From Candidatus Bathyarchaeota archaeon JdFR-07 (GTDB lineage: Archaea; Thermoproteota; Bathyarchaeia; Bathyarchaeales; Bathycorpusculaceae), in the NCBI GenBank assembly GCA_002010975.1, contig MTLU01000043.1:1-55273 (forward strand): a stretch of DNA of 55,273 nucleotides, written 5' to 3'. Below the pieces are notes generated by a model that was not told the DNA's origin, ran no database searches, and worked only from the letters and a program-made list of their open reading frames with translations. Numbering within the stretch: the stretch's first letter is position 1; every line of letters begins with the position of its first letter. Positions 1 to 8,848 of the stretch are shown here, in pieces. Position numbers and translations under genes: made by a program.

Positions 1-215
1 TAGAAGCATTACAAAAAGACATGCCGAACTGGAAAAAACAGATAGAAAATGGAAACTTTAAACAAATTAAAGAATGGCTAGTAAAAAATGTTCACAGCTA
101 TGGAAATCTTTACGACCCTCCGGAGCTACTTGTAAAAATTACCGGAAAAAAACTACACGTAAACCCGTATCTAAGCTATCTGACAGAAAAATACTCAAAA
201 ATATATCAATTCTAA
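1..215 (+). CDS. Carboxypeptidase M32 (Taq-type), C-terminal fragment truncated by the window edge
   Basis: Frame is open from the window start. The tail GNFKQIKEWLVKNVHSYG...PPELLVKITGKKL...YLSYLTEKYSKIY matches the C-terminus of M32 carboxypeptidases. Confidence 0.85.
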   Translation, partial: EALQKDMPNWKKQIENGNFKQIKEWLVKNVHSYGNLYDPPELLVKITGKKLHVNPYLSYLTEKYSKIYQF

Positions 216-320
216 CCTCTTTTCAAACTTTAGGTCTGTAGGAACTGCTGAACATATACGAATTAATCGACAGTCTACAAGCAAAAAAGTAGGAACATTT
301 TTATATTTTTCAGGTTCTAA

Positions 321-340
321 TCCGACACTTTTATATATAA
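321..340 (+). promoter_or_regulatory. TATA box of the HTH-fae-hps gene, with a TCCGACA motif at about the BRE position
   Basis: TCCGACAC at 321-328 is directly followed by TTTTATATATAA, about 35 nt upstream of the GTG start at 373. Confidence 0.55.
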
Positions 341-372
341 CTTCAAGACAAAAATCAATAGGAGAGTATAAC

Positions 373-1830
373 GTGTCAATACGTGACGTTAGAAAGCCTA
401 TTTCGACACAAGAGTTCATCAAAGTATTAACAGAAGCTGCGGAGAAAGAGTGTAAAGCTCGTAGTCTTTTGAAGGGAAAGCCGACAAAACCGACAGTATC
501 AGGAACAGCTAAAATACTTAATATACACAGAGACACTCTATATAGTTGGCTTAGAGAGTTTAATGTCGATTTCAACGAAATAGCAAACAGCATTTTCACA
601 AAAATTTTGTCGGAAACAACAAAAGCCAGGGACAAACATGTCTACCTAATCGGCGAAGCACTAATAGGAGAAGGCAACGAAGTAGCCCATGTAGATCTAT
701 TAATAGGCGACAAAACAGGTCCAGTTGGTGAAGCTTTCGCCGCTGGACTTTCAAATCTTTCCATGGGACACACACCTCTTCTAGCTGTAATAAGACCCAA
801 CCTTCCACCAAAACCCCACACACTACTTGTGCCAAAAGTCACGGTTAAAACATTAGAAGATGCCAACAAAATTTTTGGTCCAGCACAAGCCGCAGTAGCA
901 AAAGCTGTAGCAGATGCCGTCGAAGAAGAAATAATACCCAAAGACAAGGTAGATGATTGGGTTATTGTATGCAGCGTCTTTGTGCATCCACAAGCAAGCG
1001 ATTACCGAAAAATATACCATTACAATTACGGTGCCACCAAACTGGCTTTAAAGAGAGCTTTGGCTAAGTATCCATCTCTCGAAAAAGTTTTCTATGACAA
1101 GGACAGAGCTAAACATCCCATAATGGGGTTCAAAGTACCACGTCTCTGGAGACCACCTTATGTACAGATTTCGCTTGACATACCTCAGTTTGAAAGAACA
1201 AAAAAGATAATATCACAAATTCCAAGAAGCGACAGAATAATACTAGAGGCAGGAACACCACTCATAAAAAGATATGGAACAAAAGTTATAAGCGACCTGA
1301 GAGATGTCGCCAGAGACATATTTTTTGTTGCCGATTTAAAAACCTTAGACGTTGGAAAAGTTGAAGTAGACTTAGCATATGAAGAAACAGCGGATGGTGT
1401 AATTGCCGCTGGCCTTGCACCTGTTGAAACACTCAACGCCTTCATTCATGAGGCAAAACGTCTAGGAATATATGCTATGATAGACATGTTAAACGTGGAA
1501 AGACCTGTAGAAAAACTAAAAATGCTAAAAGATTTTCCCGATGTCATCATATTACATAGAGGAATAGACCAGGAAACAGGCAAAACCATTGGTTTGGAGC
1601 TTATCACAGAGCTAAGACAAGCTTTCAAAGATAAGAGATTTCTGATAGCAGTTGCAGGTGGAATTGTACCTGAAACAGCTAGAGAAGCTCTAGAAAAAGG
1701 AGCAGACATTATTGTTGTTGGCAGATATATAACTCAGTCAAAAGACATTGAAAGAGCTGTTAGAGACTTTTTAGAGCTAACGCCTACGATGCGAAAAGAT
1801 ATAGACCTTTTCAGAGTACACGTCGAATAA
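373..1830 (+). CDS. fae-hps: Bifunctional formaldehyde-activating enzyme / 3-hexulose-6-phosphate synthase with an extra N-terminal HTH domain
   Basis: Fae domain (YLIGEALIGEGNEVAHVDLLIG...HTPLLAVIRPN...FGPAQAAVA) followed by an HPS barrel (QISLD, EAGTPLIK, ADLKTLDVG, VAGG, VVGRYIT). An ~85 aa N-terminal extension contains TVSGTAKILNIHRDTLYSWL. Confidence 0.93.
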   Translation: MSIRDVRKPISTQEFIKVLTEAAEKECKARSLLKGKPTKPTVSGTAKILNIHRDTLYSWLREFNVDFNEIANSIFTKILSETTKARDKHVYLIGEALIGEGNEVAHVDLLIGDKTGPVGEAFAAGLSNLSMGHTPLLAVIRPNLPPKPHTLLVPKVTVKTLEDANKIFGPAQAAVAKAVADAVEEEIIPKDKVDDWVIVCSVFVHPQASDYRKIYHYNYGATKLALKRALAKYPSLEKVFYDKDRAKHPIMGFKVPRLWRPPYVQISLDIPQFERTKKIISQIPRSDRIILEAGTPLIKRYGTKVISDLRDVARDIFFVADLKTLDVGKVEVDLAYEETADGVIAAGLAPVETLNAFIHEAKRLGIYAMIDMLNVERPVEKLKMLKDFPDVIILHRGIDQETGKTIGLELITELRQAFKDKRFLIAVAGGIVPETAREALEKGADIIVVGRYITQSKDIERAVRDFLELTPTMRKDIDLFRVHVE

Positions 1831-1978
1831 CCCACACCACTTCATCATTTTCACTCTTTTCAAATCACTTATACACAATAAAACCTATGTTTAACTAAAA
1901 TTCTCTAAAGTTAACTTCACAAATCTTAATAAAGGGAGATTCAACTTTCATAAACACTACTGGGAGAGTTAACTGTTA

Positions 1979-2431
1979 ATGGCTAAGTTCAAAGCTATAA
2001 TTTCAGATCCTGAAAACGGAACCACAAAAATAGTTGAGTTAGAGGAGGCCAGAACAGTTCCCTTAATTGGCAAGAAAATAGGGGAAATAATAGACGGTGC
2101 AGTTTTAGGTTTACCTAAACATAAATTACAGATAACAGGTGGTTCGGATAAAGATGGTTTTCCCATGAGAAAAAACGTTCATGGTGGTGTCAGAAAGAGA
2201 ATAATATTAAGCGGTGGAACGGGTTTTAATCCTAAAAAAGAGGGAGAAAGAAAACGAAAAACAGTCCGTGGGAACGTGATAACTGAAGAAATCGTCCAAA
2301 TAAATTTTAAAATTATAGAAAAGCCCAAACAGCCTAAAGAAGGAAAAAAGACGAAGGAGAAAGAAGATAAGCCAAAAGAAAAAACCGCAGAAAAACCGCC
2401 AACAGAAGAAAAACCTTCATCAGAACATTAA
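1979..2431 (+). CDS. rps6e: 30S ribosomal protein S6e
   Basis: FKAIISDP...LQITGGSDKDGFPMR...GERKRKTVRGN, with a charged C-terminal tail. Confidence 0.97.
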   Translation: MAKFKAIISDPENGTTKIVELEEARTVPLIGKKIGEIIDGAVLGLPKHKLQITGGSDKDGFPMRKNVHGGVRKRIILSGGTGFNPKKEGERKRKTVRGNVITEEIVQINFKIIEKPKQPKEGKKTKEKEDKPKEKTAEKPPTEEKPSSEH

Positions 2432-2492
2432 CATTTATTAGTGCACATAGATCTAATGCACGATTAACCTATACACTTATTAGGGAAATAAA

Positions 2493-3740
2493 ATGAGTCA
2501 AAAACTTTCAGTTTTACCAAAACAACCAGAGTGCAACATTGGCACCATAGGTCACGTAGACCATGGAAAAACTACTTTAGTACAAGCCTTAACAGGAGTA
2601 TGGGCTGCAAGACACAGTGAAGAATTGAAAAGAGGCATAACAATAAAGCTTGGATATGCGGATATGGGAATCTATAAATGTCCTAAATGCGAACCGCCTC
2701 AAAACTTTTCTTCCCAACCAGTTTGTCCGAACTGCAGTTCAAAAGCCAAATTTGTTCGCGCTGTAAGTTTTGTAGATGCACCAGGACACGAGGCCTTAAT
2801 GGCCACAATGCTTTCAGGGGCAGCCATAATGGACGGTGCAATACTTGTAATTGCAGCAGATGAGCCATGCCCTCAACCGCAAACAAGAGAACATCTAGCA
2901 GCAGCCCAAATTATTGGAATTAAAAATGTGGTCATTGTACAAAATAAAATAGACATTATCGACGAAAAAAGAGCTCGTGAAAACTATAAAGAGATAAAAA
3001 ATTTTGTAAAGGGCACAGTAGCGGAAAATGCCCCTATTATTCCTGTTTCTGCACAACATGAAGTGAATATAGATGCCCTTATCCAAGCTATTGAAGAATT
3101 TATACCCACCCCGGCAAGAGATGAGGAAAAACCACCATTAATGTACATTATACGCTCTTTTGACGTAAACAAGCCAGGGACACCCATTGAAAAACTAGAC
3201 GGAGGAGTCATTGGAGGCACTATAATTCAAGGAAAATTCAGGGTAGGAGAAGAAATAGAAATTCGCCCAGGAATCACCATGCAAAAAGAGGGTAAAACCG
3301 TTCATGAATCCCTCTTCAGCGAAATAGTTAGCTTACATGCAGGCGGACAAAGTGTAAAAGAAGCCCATTGTGGCGGGCTAGTGGGTGTAGGAACACTTCT
3401 AGACCCATCCTTTTCCAAGGCCGACGGTTTAACAGGAAATATCGTAGGAAAATCAGGCATGTTACCACCGACACTTTCTGAGATAACTTTAGAAACAAGT
3501 GTCCTTGAACATGTCGTAGGAACAAAGGAGCTTATAAAAACAGAAAAAATAAACATGAATGAAACCTTACTTTTACATGTAGGGGCTGCAATAACAGTAG
3601 GAAAAGTCACCTCAGTAAAAGGCAATATAGTAACTGCAAGTCTTTCACGTCCAGTTTGCGCCCCTGCAGAGTCACGTGTGGCAATAAGCAGAAAAATAAC
3701 GGGCAGATGGAGACTAATAGGATACGGAATGATACAGTAA
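2493..3740 (+). CDS. eif2g: Translation initiation factor 2 subunit gamma
   Basis: GHVDHGKTT, RGITIKLGYA, zinc knuckle CPKC..CPNC, DAPGHE, QNKID, RWRLIGYG. Confidence 0.98.
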   Translation: MSQKLSVLPKQPECNIGTIGHVDHGKTTLVQALTGVWAARHSEELKRGITIKLGYADMGIYKCPKCEPPQNFSSQPVCPNCSSKAKFVRAVSFVDAPGHEALMATMLSGAAIMDGAILVIAADEPCPQPQTREHLAAAQIIGIKNVVIVQNKIDIIDEKRARENYKEIKNFVKGTVAENAPIIPVSAQHEVNIDALIQAIEEFIPTPARDEEKPPLMYIIRSFDVNKPGTPIEKLDGGVIGGTIIQGKFRVGEEIEIRPGITMQKEGKTVHESLFSEIVSLHAGGQSVKEAHCGGLVGVGTLLDPSFSKADGLTGNIVGKSGMLPPTLSEITLETSVLEHVVGTKELIKTEKINMNETLLLHVGAAITVGKVTSVKGNIVTASLSRPVCAPAESRVAISRKITGRWRLIGYGMIQ

Positions 3741-3741
3741 C

Positions 3742-4167
3742 ATGACAATACAGCCTAAACATGCGAGAGAAAAAACAAAAGTTATCTTAGATTCAAACGC
3801 CTTTTTCGTGTCCCTCCAATTCAAACTTGATATTTTTGAAGAATTAAAAAAACTATTAGCCAAAAATTATGAAGCAATTTTACTCTCACCTGTCCGTCAA
3901 GAGTTGGAAAAACTAGCCAAAAAGGGCACACCCAAAATGCGGAAAAAAGCCTCTTACGCCTTAAAACTAAGCGAAAAATGCACATATGTGCAATTAGATG
4001 AAAATTCCGCGATCACTCCAGATGATGCTATCTTAAAAGTCGCCCAAAAATGGAAAAGTCCAGTCTTTACCAACGACAGAAACCTTAGAAAGAGGTTAAG
4101 AAATATAAATGTGCCAGTTATTTATGTGAGGCAAAAATCACGGTTAGAAATTAACGGGAGGCTATAA
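3742..4167 (+). CDS. PIN-domain ribonuclease (Fcf1/Utp24-like)
   Basis: VILDSN, DDAIL and TNDRNLRKRL PIN motifs, in the conserved position after eIF2gamma. Confidence 0.88.
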   Translation: MTIQPKHAREKTKVILDSNAFFVSLQFKLDIFEELKKLLAKNYEAILLSPVRQELEKLAKKGTPKMRKKASYALKLSEKCTYVQLDENSAITPDDAILKVAQKWKSPVFTNDRNLRKRLRNINVPVIYVRQKSRLEINGRL

Positions 4168-4170
4168 CTC

Positions 4171-4764
4171 TTGTTTAAACTGACAAAACTAGAAGACACA
4201 ATTCGCATACCCCCAGAAACTTTTGGAACCCCCTTAGAAACTGTAGGCCATCAACAGGTTAGAGCAAAATACGAAGGAATAGTCAACGAAGAATTAGGTT
4301 ATGTAGTAGCCGTAACAAAAGTAAAAGTAAGCCCTGTCGGAAAAATAATTCCAGGAGACGGAGCTACCTACCATAAAGTAACCTTTTCTGTACTCACATT
4401 CTATCCAAAAATCCAAGAAGTAGTAGAAGGAGAAGTTGTGGAGATTGCAGATTTTGGAGCCTTTGTGCGAATAGGTCCCGTCGACGCCTTACTACATGTT
4501 TCCCAACTTATGGATGACTTCATTTCCTATGATGAAAAACAAGGAGTGCTGCTAGGTAAAGAAACAAAAAGAAAACTTACAAATGGAGACCAAGTTCGAG
4601 TACGTATAACAGCCGTTTCTCTTGGTAAGGCTGGAAGCACAGGAAAAATAGGAGTAACTGCCAGACAGCCCTTCCTAGGAAAACTTGAATGGATTAAACA
4701 GGAAGTCAAGAAAGCAGGTGAAGAAGAAAAGAAAACATCCGAAAAAACGGAAAAGAGTGATTAG
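4171..4764 (+). CDS. rpoE1: DNA-directed RNA polymerase subunit E' (Rpo7)
   Basis: IRIPPE, GKIIPGDGATYH, S1 domain FGAFVRIGPVDALLHVSQ, RQPFLGKLEWI. Confidence 0.97.
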   Translation: MFKLTKLEDTIRIPPETFGTPLETVGHQQVRAKYEGIVNEELGYVVAVTKVKVSPVGKIIPGDGATYHKVTFSVLTFYPKIQEVVEGEVVEIADFGAFVRIGPVDALLHVSQLMDDFISYDEKQGVLLGKETKRKLTNGDQVRVRITAVSLGKAGSTGKIGVTARQPFLGKLEWIKQEVKKAGEEEKKTSEKTEKSD

Positions 4765-4950
4765 ATGATTAAAAAAGCTTGCACAAACTGTAATTTCATA
4801 ACTAAAGAAAACGTTTGTCCCAAATGCAAATCCTCATCATTAAGCGATGACTTCAGCGGTTTGGTAATAATTTTCGACGCGGAAAATTCAGTCATAGCGA
4901 AAACCATGAAGATCAAAGAAAAGGGCGTCTACGCATTAAAGGTCAGATAA
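4765..4950 (+). CDS. spt4: Transcription elongation factor Spt4 (RpoE'')
   Basis: KACTNC...CPKC zinc ribbon, GLVII, YALKVR; follows rpoE1. Confidence 0.95.
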   Translation: MIKKACTNCNFITKENVCPKCKSSSLSDDFSGLVIIFDAENSVIAKTMKIKEKGVYALKVR

Positions 4951-4951
4951 G

Positions 4952-5485
4952 TTGAAGATAAAATATGTCCTTACACCACAGCTCAGATTAAAGCTTAAGC
5001 AACCGTTAGGCAAACTAATTCAAGGATCCTTTGAACAAACAATACCAAAACTAAAAAAGTTGATAGAAGAAGAAAAACCTTCTAGGATCATATCTGTTGG
5101 CGACATAGTTTCAAAGAATCTTATGGAGTACAGTTTTTCTCCGAGTCTTCTAATAGTGGATAACAAGGTTATGCGGAAAGAAATAAAACCATTTACATTG
5201 AAAACAGAAAAAACCATTTACACTAAAAACCCGCCAGGAACAATAACCACCGAAGCATCAGAGACAATAAAAGATTCATTAAAAACTAATGAGTGCACTA
5301 AAATAGTTGTAGAAGGAGAAGAAGATTTACTTGCTCTTATAGCGATTCTATACGCCCCAGAAAATTCTCTGATCGTTTATGGTCAACCTCGGCAAGGAAT
5401 TGTAGCAGTTAAAGCAACTCCAAAAAAGAAAGAAGAGATTGCTGCCATTCTAAAAACTATGGAAAATTTTCGAAAAGCTAAATAG
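4952..5485 (+). CDS. GTP-dependent dephospho-CoA kinase (DUF359)
   Basis: LKQPLG, VGDIVS, NPPGTIT, VEGEEDLL, YGQP motifs and conserved synteny. Confidence 0.9.
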   Translation: MKIKYVLTPQLRLKLKQPLGKLIQGSFEQTIPKLKKLIEEEKPSRIISVGDIVSKNLMEYSFSPSLLIVDNKVMRKEIKPFTLKTEKTIYTKNPPGTITTEASETIKDSLKTNECTKIVVEGEEDLLALIAILYAPENSLIVYGQPRQGIVAVKATPKKKEEIAAILKTMENFRKAK

Positions 5486-5524
5486 TGAGAGAGACCTATC
5501 AATTTTGCTACAATAGTGAATGTT

Positions 5525-5845
5525 ATGAAAATAAAAATAGTGTCACAAAAGAAAAATCCACTGTTAAAAAGAAATGAAATACAATTTCAAGTGGAACATA
5601 GCCAAACGGGTAGCACACCTCCAAGAACAGAAGTAAGAAAAGCAATTGCAAACATTCTAAAAAAAGATGAAAATGTAGTTTTTGTTAAGAAATTGCAAAC
5701 TAAGACAGGAAGTGTCATAGCTGTTGGCCTTGCAAATGTTTACGACTCTTTAGAACAAGCAAGACTTATAGAACCCAACTACATCATTAAAAGAAACATA
5801 CCGCCAGAAAAGAAAGAGGAGGAGAAAGAAAAAGAAAATGTCTGA
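5525..5845 (+). CDS. rps24e: 30S ribosomal protein S24e
   Basis: NPLLKRNEI, TPPRTEVR, ANVYDS...IEPNYIIKRN. ATG at 5525 preferred over 5516. Confidence 0.95.
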   Translation: MKIKIVSQKKNPLLKRNEIQFQVEHSQTGSTPPRTEVRKAIANILKKDENVVFVKKLQTKTGSVIAVGLANVYDSLEQARLIEPNYIIKRNIPPEKKEEEKEKENV

Positions 5846-6071
5846 AGAAGAAAAAGAGGCTCCCATAGAGGAAAAAGAAGCTGAGAAGACTGAAAAAAGA
5901 AAAAAAGAAGAAAAAGGCGTTTTTACTTTATATAAGATAGACGAAGGAAAAATAACAAGGCTGCGACCCACTTGTGAACGTTGCGGCCCAGGATATTTTA
6001 TGGCTGACCACGGTGACAGATATGCTTGTGGACATTGCGGTTTTACCAGATATAAACAAACTGAAAAATAA
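5838..6071 (+). CDS. rps27ae: 30S ribosomal protein S27ae
   Basis: CERCGPGYFMADHGDRYACGHCGFT, with a charged N-terminal extension. Confidence 0.96.
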   Translation: MSEEEKEAPIEEKEAEKTEKRKKEEKGVFTLYKIDEGKITRLRPTCERCGPGYFMADHGDRYACGHCGFTRYKQTEK

Positions 6072-6113
6072 ACATCTTTAAATGAAGCATTAACCATATT
6101 CTAAACGATTTAG

Positions 6114-6539
6114 ATGTTTAGAGTGAACGTTTCAATTCTTAACATATCCGCAGAAAGATTTTGGGACATTAAAAAACCCATTCCACCTATTCAAATAAAC
6201 TCGAACCTAAATCTAACAGGAATGGAAAAGAAAGCTGAAAACACACTAGAAGTTCCTTTTGTTTTAACAATTAATTACAACCCTTCAATAGCCCAAATAA
6301 GCATGAAAGGAAAAGCCTATGTAGTAGGTGACAAAGGCGACATAGAAAAAGTGTACAAAGGATACGAAGAAAAGAAACCTCCACCACCAGTTCTCGTACA
6401 ATCCATTTCTAACATTGTTTTCATAGAATCCGTAATAATATCACGAACGTTGAACATTCCGCCTCCTATTCCTCTGCCACAAATACCACAAATTAAATCG
6501 CCTTACAAAAAGAAGGCAAAAATCGACTACAGTGCGTGA
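6114..6539 (+). CDS. Conserved archaeal hypothetical protein
   Basis: 141 aa beta-rich ORF with a C-terminal LNIPPPIPLP motif, co-oriented with the ribosomal operon. Confidence 0.75.
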   Translation: MFRVNVSILNISAERFWDIKKPIPPIQINSNLNLTGMEKKAENTLEVPFVLTINYNPSIAQISMKGKAYVVGDKGDIEKVYKGYEEKKPPPPVLVQSISNIVFIESVIISRTLNIPPPIPLPQIPQIKSPYKKKAKIDYSA

Positions 6540-6562
6540 AGGTTAGAAAGATTATCCTAATT

Positions 6563-6967
6563 TTACTTTAATGGAACATACATGGATGAACGAGAGGCTC
6601 CGATTCCTGGAGTCCCATGTTTAACTGGTTTATTTGTAATGGCAAATTCTCCTAAGTAGTGACCAATCATTTCTGGTTTTATTTCAACAGGTATAAACTC
6701 TTTTCCATTGTGAACTAGAATTGTAAGCCCCACCATTTCAGGAAGGATAATCATGTCTCTAACATGGGTTTTCACAATTTCACTTTTACCTTTTCTCATG
6801 GCTTCTTTTACCCTTCTTATCTTTTCAAGAAGTGTTCGCTGCTCTAGCGTTAAACCACGATGGAGGCTTCTTCTCTGTCTTGAAGGAAGTAAGTTAATAA
6901 ATTCGTCCATAGACATACTTTGCAACTGATCTAGTGCATATCCACGATACATGAATTCTCGAGGCAT
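6563..6967 (-). CDS. rps19p: 30S ribosomal protein S19 (uS19)
   Basis: [44 protein letters not shown]. Confidence 0.98.
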   Translation of the reverse strand: MPREFMYRGYALDQLQSMSMDEFINLLPSRQRRSLHRGLTLEQRTLLEKIRRVKEAMRKGKSEIVKTHVRDMIILPEMVGLTILVHNGKEFIPVEIKPEMIGHYLGEFAITNKPVKHGTPGIGASRSSMYVPLK

Positions 6968-7020
6968 TTTTCTTCAACCATACCAAAATTGCATCAGAGG
7001 CTATAAATCTTCCCACAGGT

Positions 7021-7764
7021 TTAAGTTCTTCTTCTCTTCTTTTTCTTTCCCGCACCTCTTGCGGCGATCAATCCAACCTTCCTTCCTGGAGGAGCACCAT
7101 GTGAAACAGTTGTAACTTTTCTGGCACTTCTTTTGCTACTTCCAAACGGGTGCACAGCTGCAATCATAGCTCTCCCCCGTGTTCTAGGATACTTATGTCC
7201 TTTCGCTCTCATCAAATGGAATTTTGCTCCTGCTTTCAAAAAGGGTTTTTCTGTTCTACCCGAACCAGAAACAATTCCAATGGTTGCTCGGCAGTAATCA
7301 TTTATATATTTTGTTTTACCTGATGGAAGCTTAACTATTGTTCCTTGATCGGTATGTGCTACAACAGTGGCGTATGCCCCGGAAGATTTTGCAATTTTCC
7401 CCCCATCTCCAGGTTTTAATTCTATGTTACATATCATAGTACCCTCTGGGATTTTTTTGATAGGCAATATGTTGCCTATTTCAACTGTAGCTTTCCCACC
7501 CATCTGAATCTGTTGACCTAAAGAGACACCTTCAGGCACTATAGTATAGCATGATTCTCCATTTTCGAATCTTACCAATGCTAATGGAGATCCACGCCCA
7601 GGATCATGAGCCAACTCTTCAATAACCCCTTTAATTACCGTCTCAAAATATTCGTTAAGTGCTATGTCTAGGGGGTATCGTGCGGGAGCTACTCTTTTAT
7701 GAGTAGAAGCCTTAAACTGAGAACCGCCACGACCACGCCTTTGAACCCGAATTCTTTTTCCCAT
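7021..7764 (-). CDS. rpl2p: 50S ribosomal protein L2 (uL2)
   Basis: MGKRIRVQRRGRG, HDPGRGSPLA, APPGRKVGLIAAR. Confidence 0.98.
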   Translation of the reverse strand: MGKRIRVQRRGRGGSQFKASTHKRVAPARYPLDIALNEYFETVIKGVIEELAHDPGRGSPLALVRFENGESCYTIVPEGVSLGQQIQMGGKATVEIGNILPIKKIPEGTMICNIELKPGDGGKIAKSSGAYATVVAHTDQGTIVKLPSGKTKYINDYCRATIGIVSGSGRTEKPFLKAGAKFHLMRAKGHKYPRTRGRAMIAAVHPFGSSKRSARKVTTVSHGAPPGRKVGLIAARGAGKKKKRRRT

Positions 7765-7786
7765 AATTTTTCACCATTAATAAATC

Positions 7787-8047
7787 CTAAAGGATTCCAA
7801 GCTTAATAGCCACATCCGCTGCCTTATATTCTGGACGAAGCTTAACAAATGCCTTCTTTTTGCCCCGAGGTGTAATTAAAAGGTTCACTTTTTCAACCTC
7901 CACTTCATAAAGCTGCTCCACAGCCTTTTTCACATCGCTTTTACTTGCTTTAAGATTAACTATGAAAACAAGTTTATTTTCTTGCTCAACCATGAGACTT
8001 GCAGATTCTGTCATTAAAGGGTAAAGAATGACTTCGTAAGGGTCCAT
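7787..8047 (-). CDS. rpl23: 50S ribosomal protein L23 (uL23)
   Basis: PLMTESA, NKLVFIV, GKKKAFVKL, AIKLGIL. Confidence 0.97.
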   Translation of the reverse strand: MDPYEVILYPLMTESASLMVEQENKLVFIVNLKASKSDVKKAVEQLYEVEVEKVNLLITPRGKKKAFVKLRPEYKAADVAIKLGIL

Positions 8048-8835
8048 TATGCCATCTCGCCTTCCCCATACAGCTCGTTTAATTTTTCAATAGCACTATC
8101 TGTCCAGATTGTAAGCCGCCCAGGATGTGTTCCAGGAGCCAGCATTTCAACACTTAGATTGTTAACGTTGACAGCATCCACTCCGGGTATATTTCTTGCA
8201 GCTTCTAATATGCCCCTATTCTCAGCAACGACAATAAGTGGGCCTTTAGCCTGTTTTATTTTTCTACCTCTTCGTTTGCCTTTTCCAGCACGGATTTTTC
8301 TACTCTCTTTAACACGATAAAGGTCTGAAAGAACACCAAGGCGTATTAGAGTTTCCTCAACCTCTTTTGTCTTCTTCAACTCTTCCAAATCCTTTGTAAC
8401 CACTAAAGGTATCTGAGGAACGTCCTCAGTAGAATGCCCCCTAGAGTTCACAGTTTTTCTCGAAGACGTAGCCGCTATTGCAGAAAAAAGTGCTAGGCGT
8501 TTCTCTTTTTTGGGAATACGTTTGACAATTTTCTTTTCAGAAGTGGGTGGATGAGCTTGTCTTCCACCCACAGTTCCAGGCGCGAGGGCACCTCTTCCTC
8601 CAGGACCTTTAACTCTTGGGATTCTAGCTATGCCTAAACCTACACCTCTAGATTCGGCAGTTGTCCTTTTTCCAGCCAGGGGGTCTCTGCCTTGCGGCTG
8701 TCTGCGGTTAGATTGGATTGCCAAAACAGCGCGTTTTATAACATCCGGCCTTATAGGCGTTTCAAATATTGCTGGAAGTTTCATTTTTCCAACAGGTTTT
8801 CCTTCGAGGTTAAAGATTTTCACTGTCTTAGCCAT
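8047..8835 (-). CDS. rpl4p: 50S ribosomal protein L4 (uL4)
   Basis: RPDVIKRAV, AGKRTTAES, RAGKGKRRGR, LAPGTHPGRLT. Start at ATG 8835 (MAKTVK) avoids overlap with L3. Confidence 0.97.
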   Translation of the reverse strand: MAKTVKIFNLEGKPVGKMKLPAIFETPIRPDVIKRAVLAIQSNRRQPQGRDPLAGKRTTAESRGVGLGIARIPRVKGPGGRGALAPGTVGGRQAHPPTSEKKIVKRIPKKEKRLALFSAIAATSSRKTVNSRGHSTEDVPQIPLVVTKDLEELKKTKEVEETLIRLGVLSDLYRVKESRKIRAGKGKRRGRKIKQAKGPLIVVAENRGILEAARNIPGVDAVNVNNLSVEMLAPGTHPGRLTIWTDSAIEKLNELYGEGEMA

Positions 8836-8848
8836 CCTATGTACACCT

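Noticed and set aside
195..1709. Minus-strand ORFs overlapping fae-hps, and similar antisense or alternate-frame ORFs throughout the window
   Set aside because: They are shadows of well-supported genes and have no recognisable motifs.
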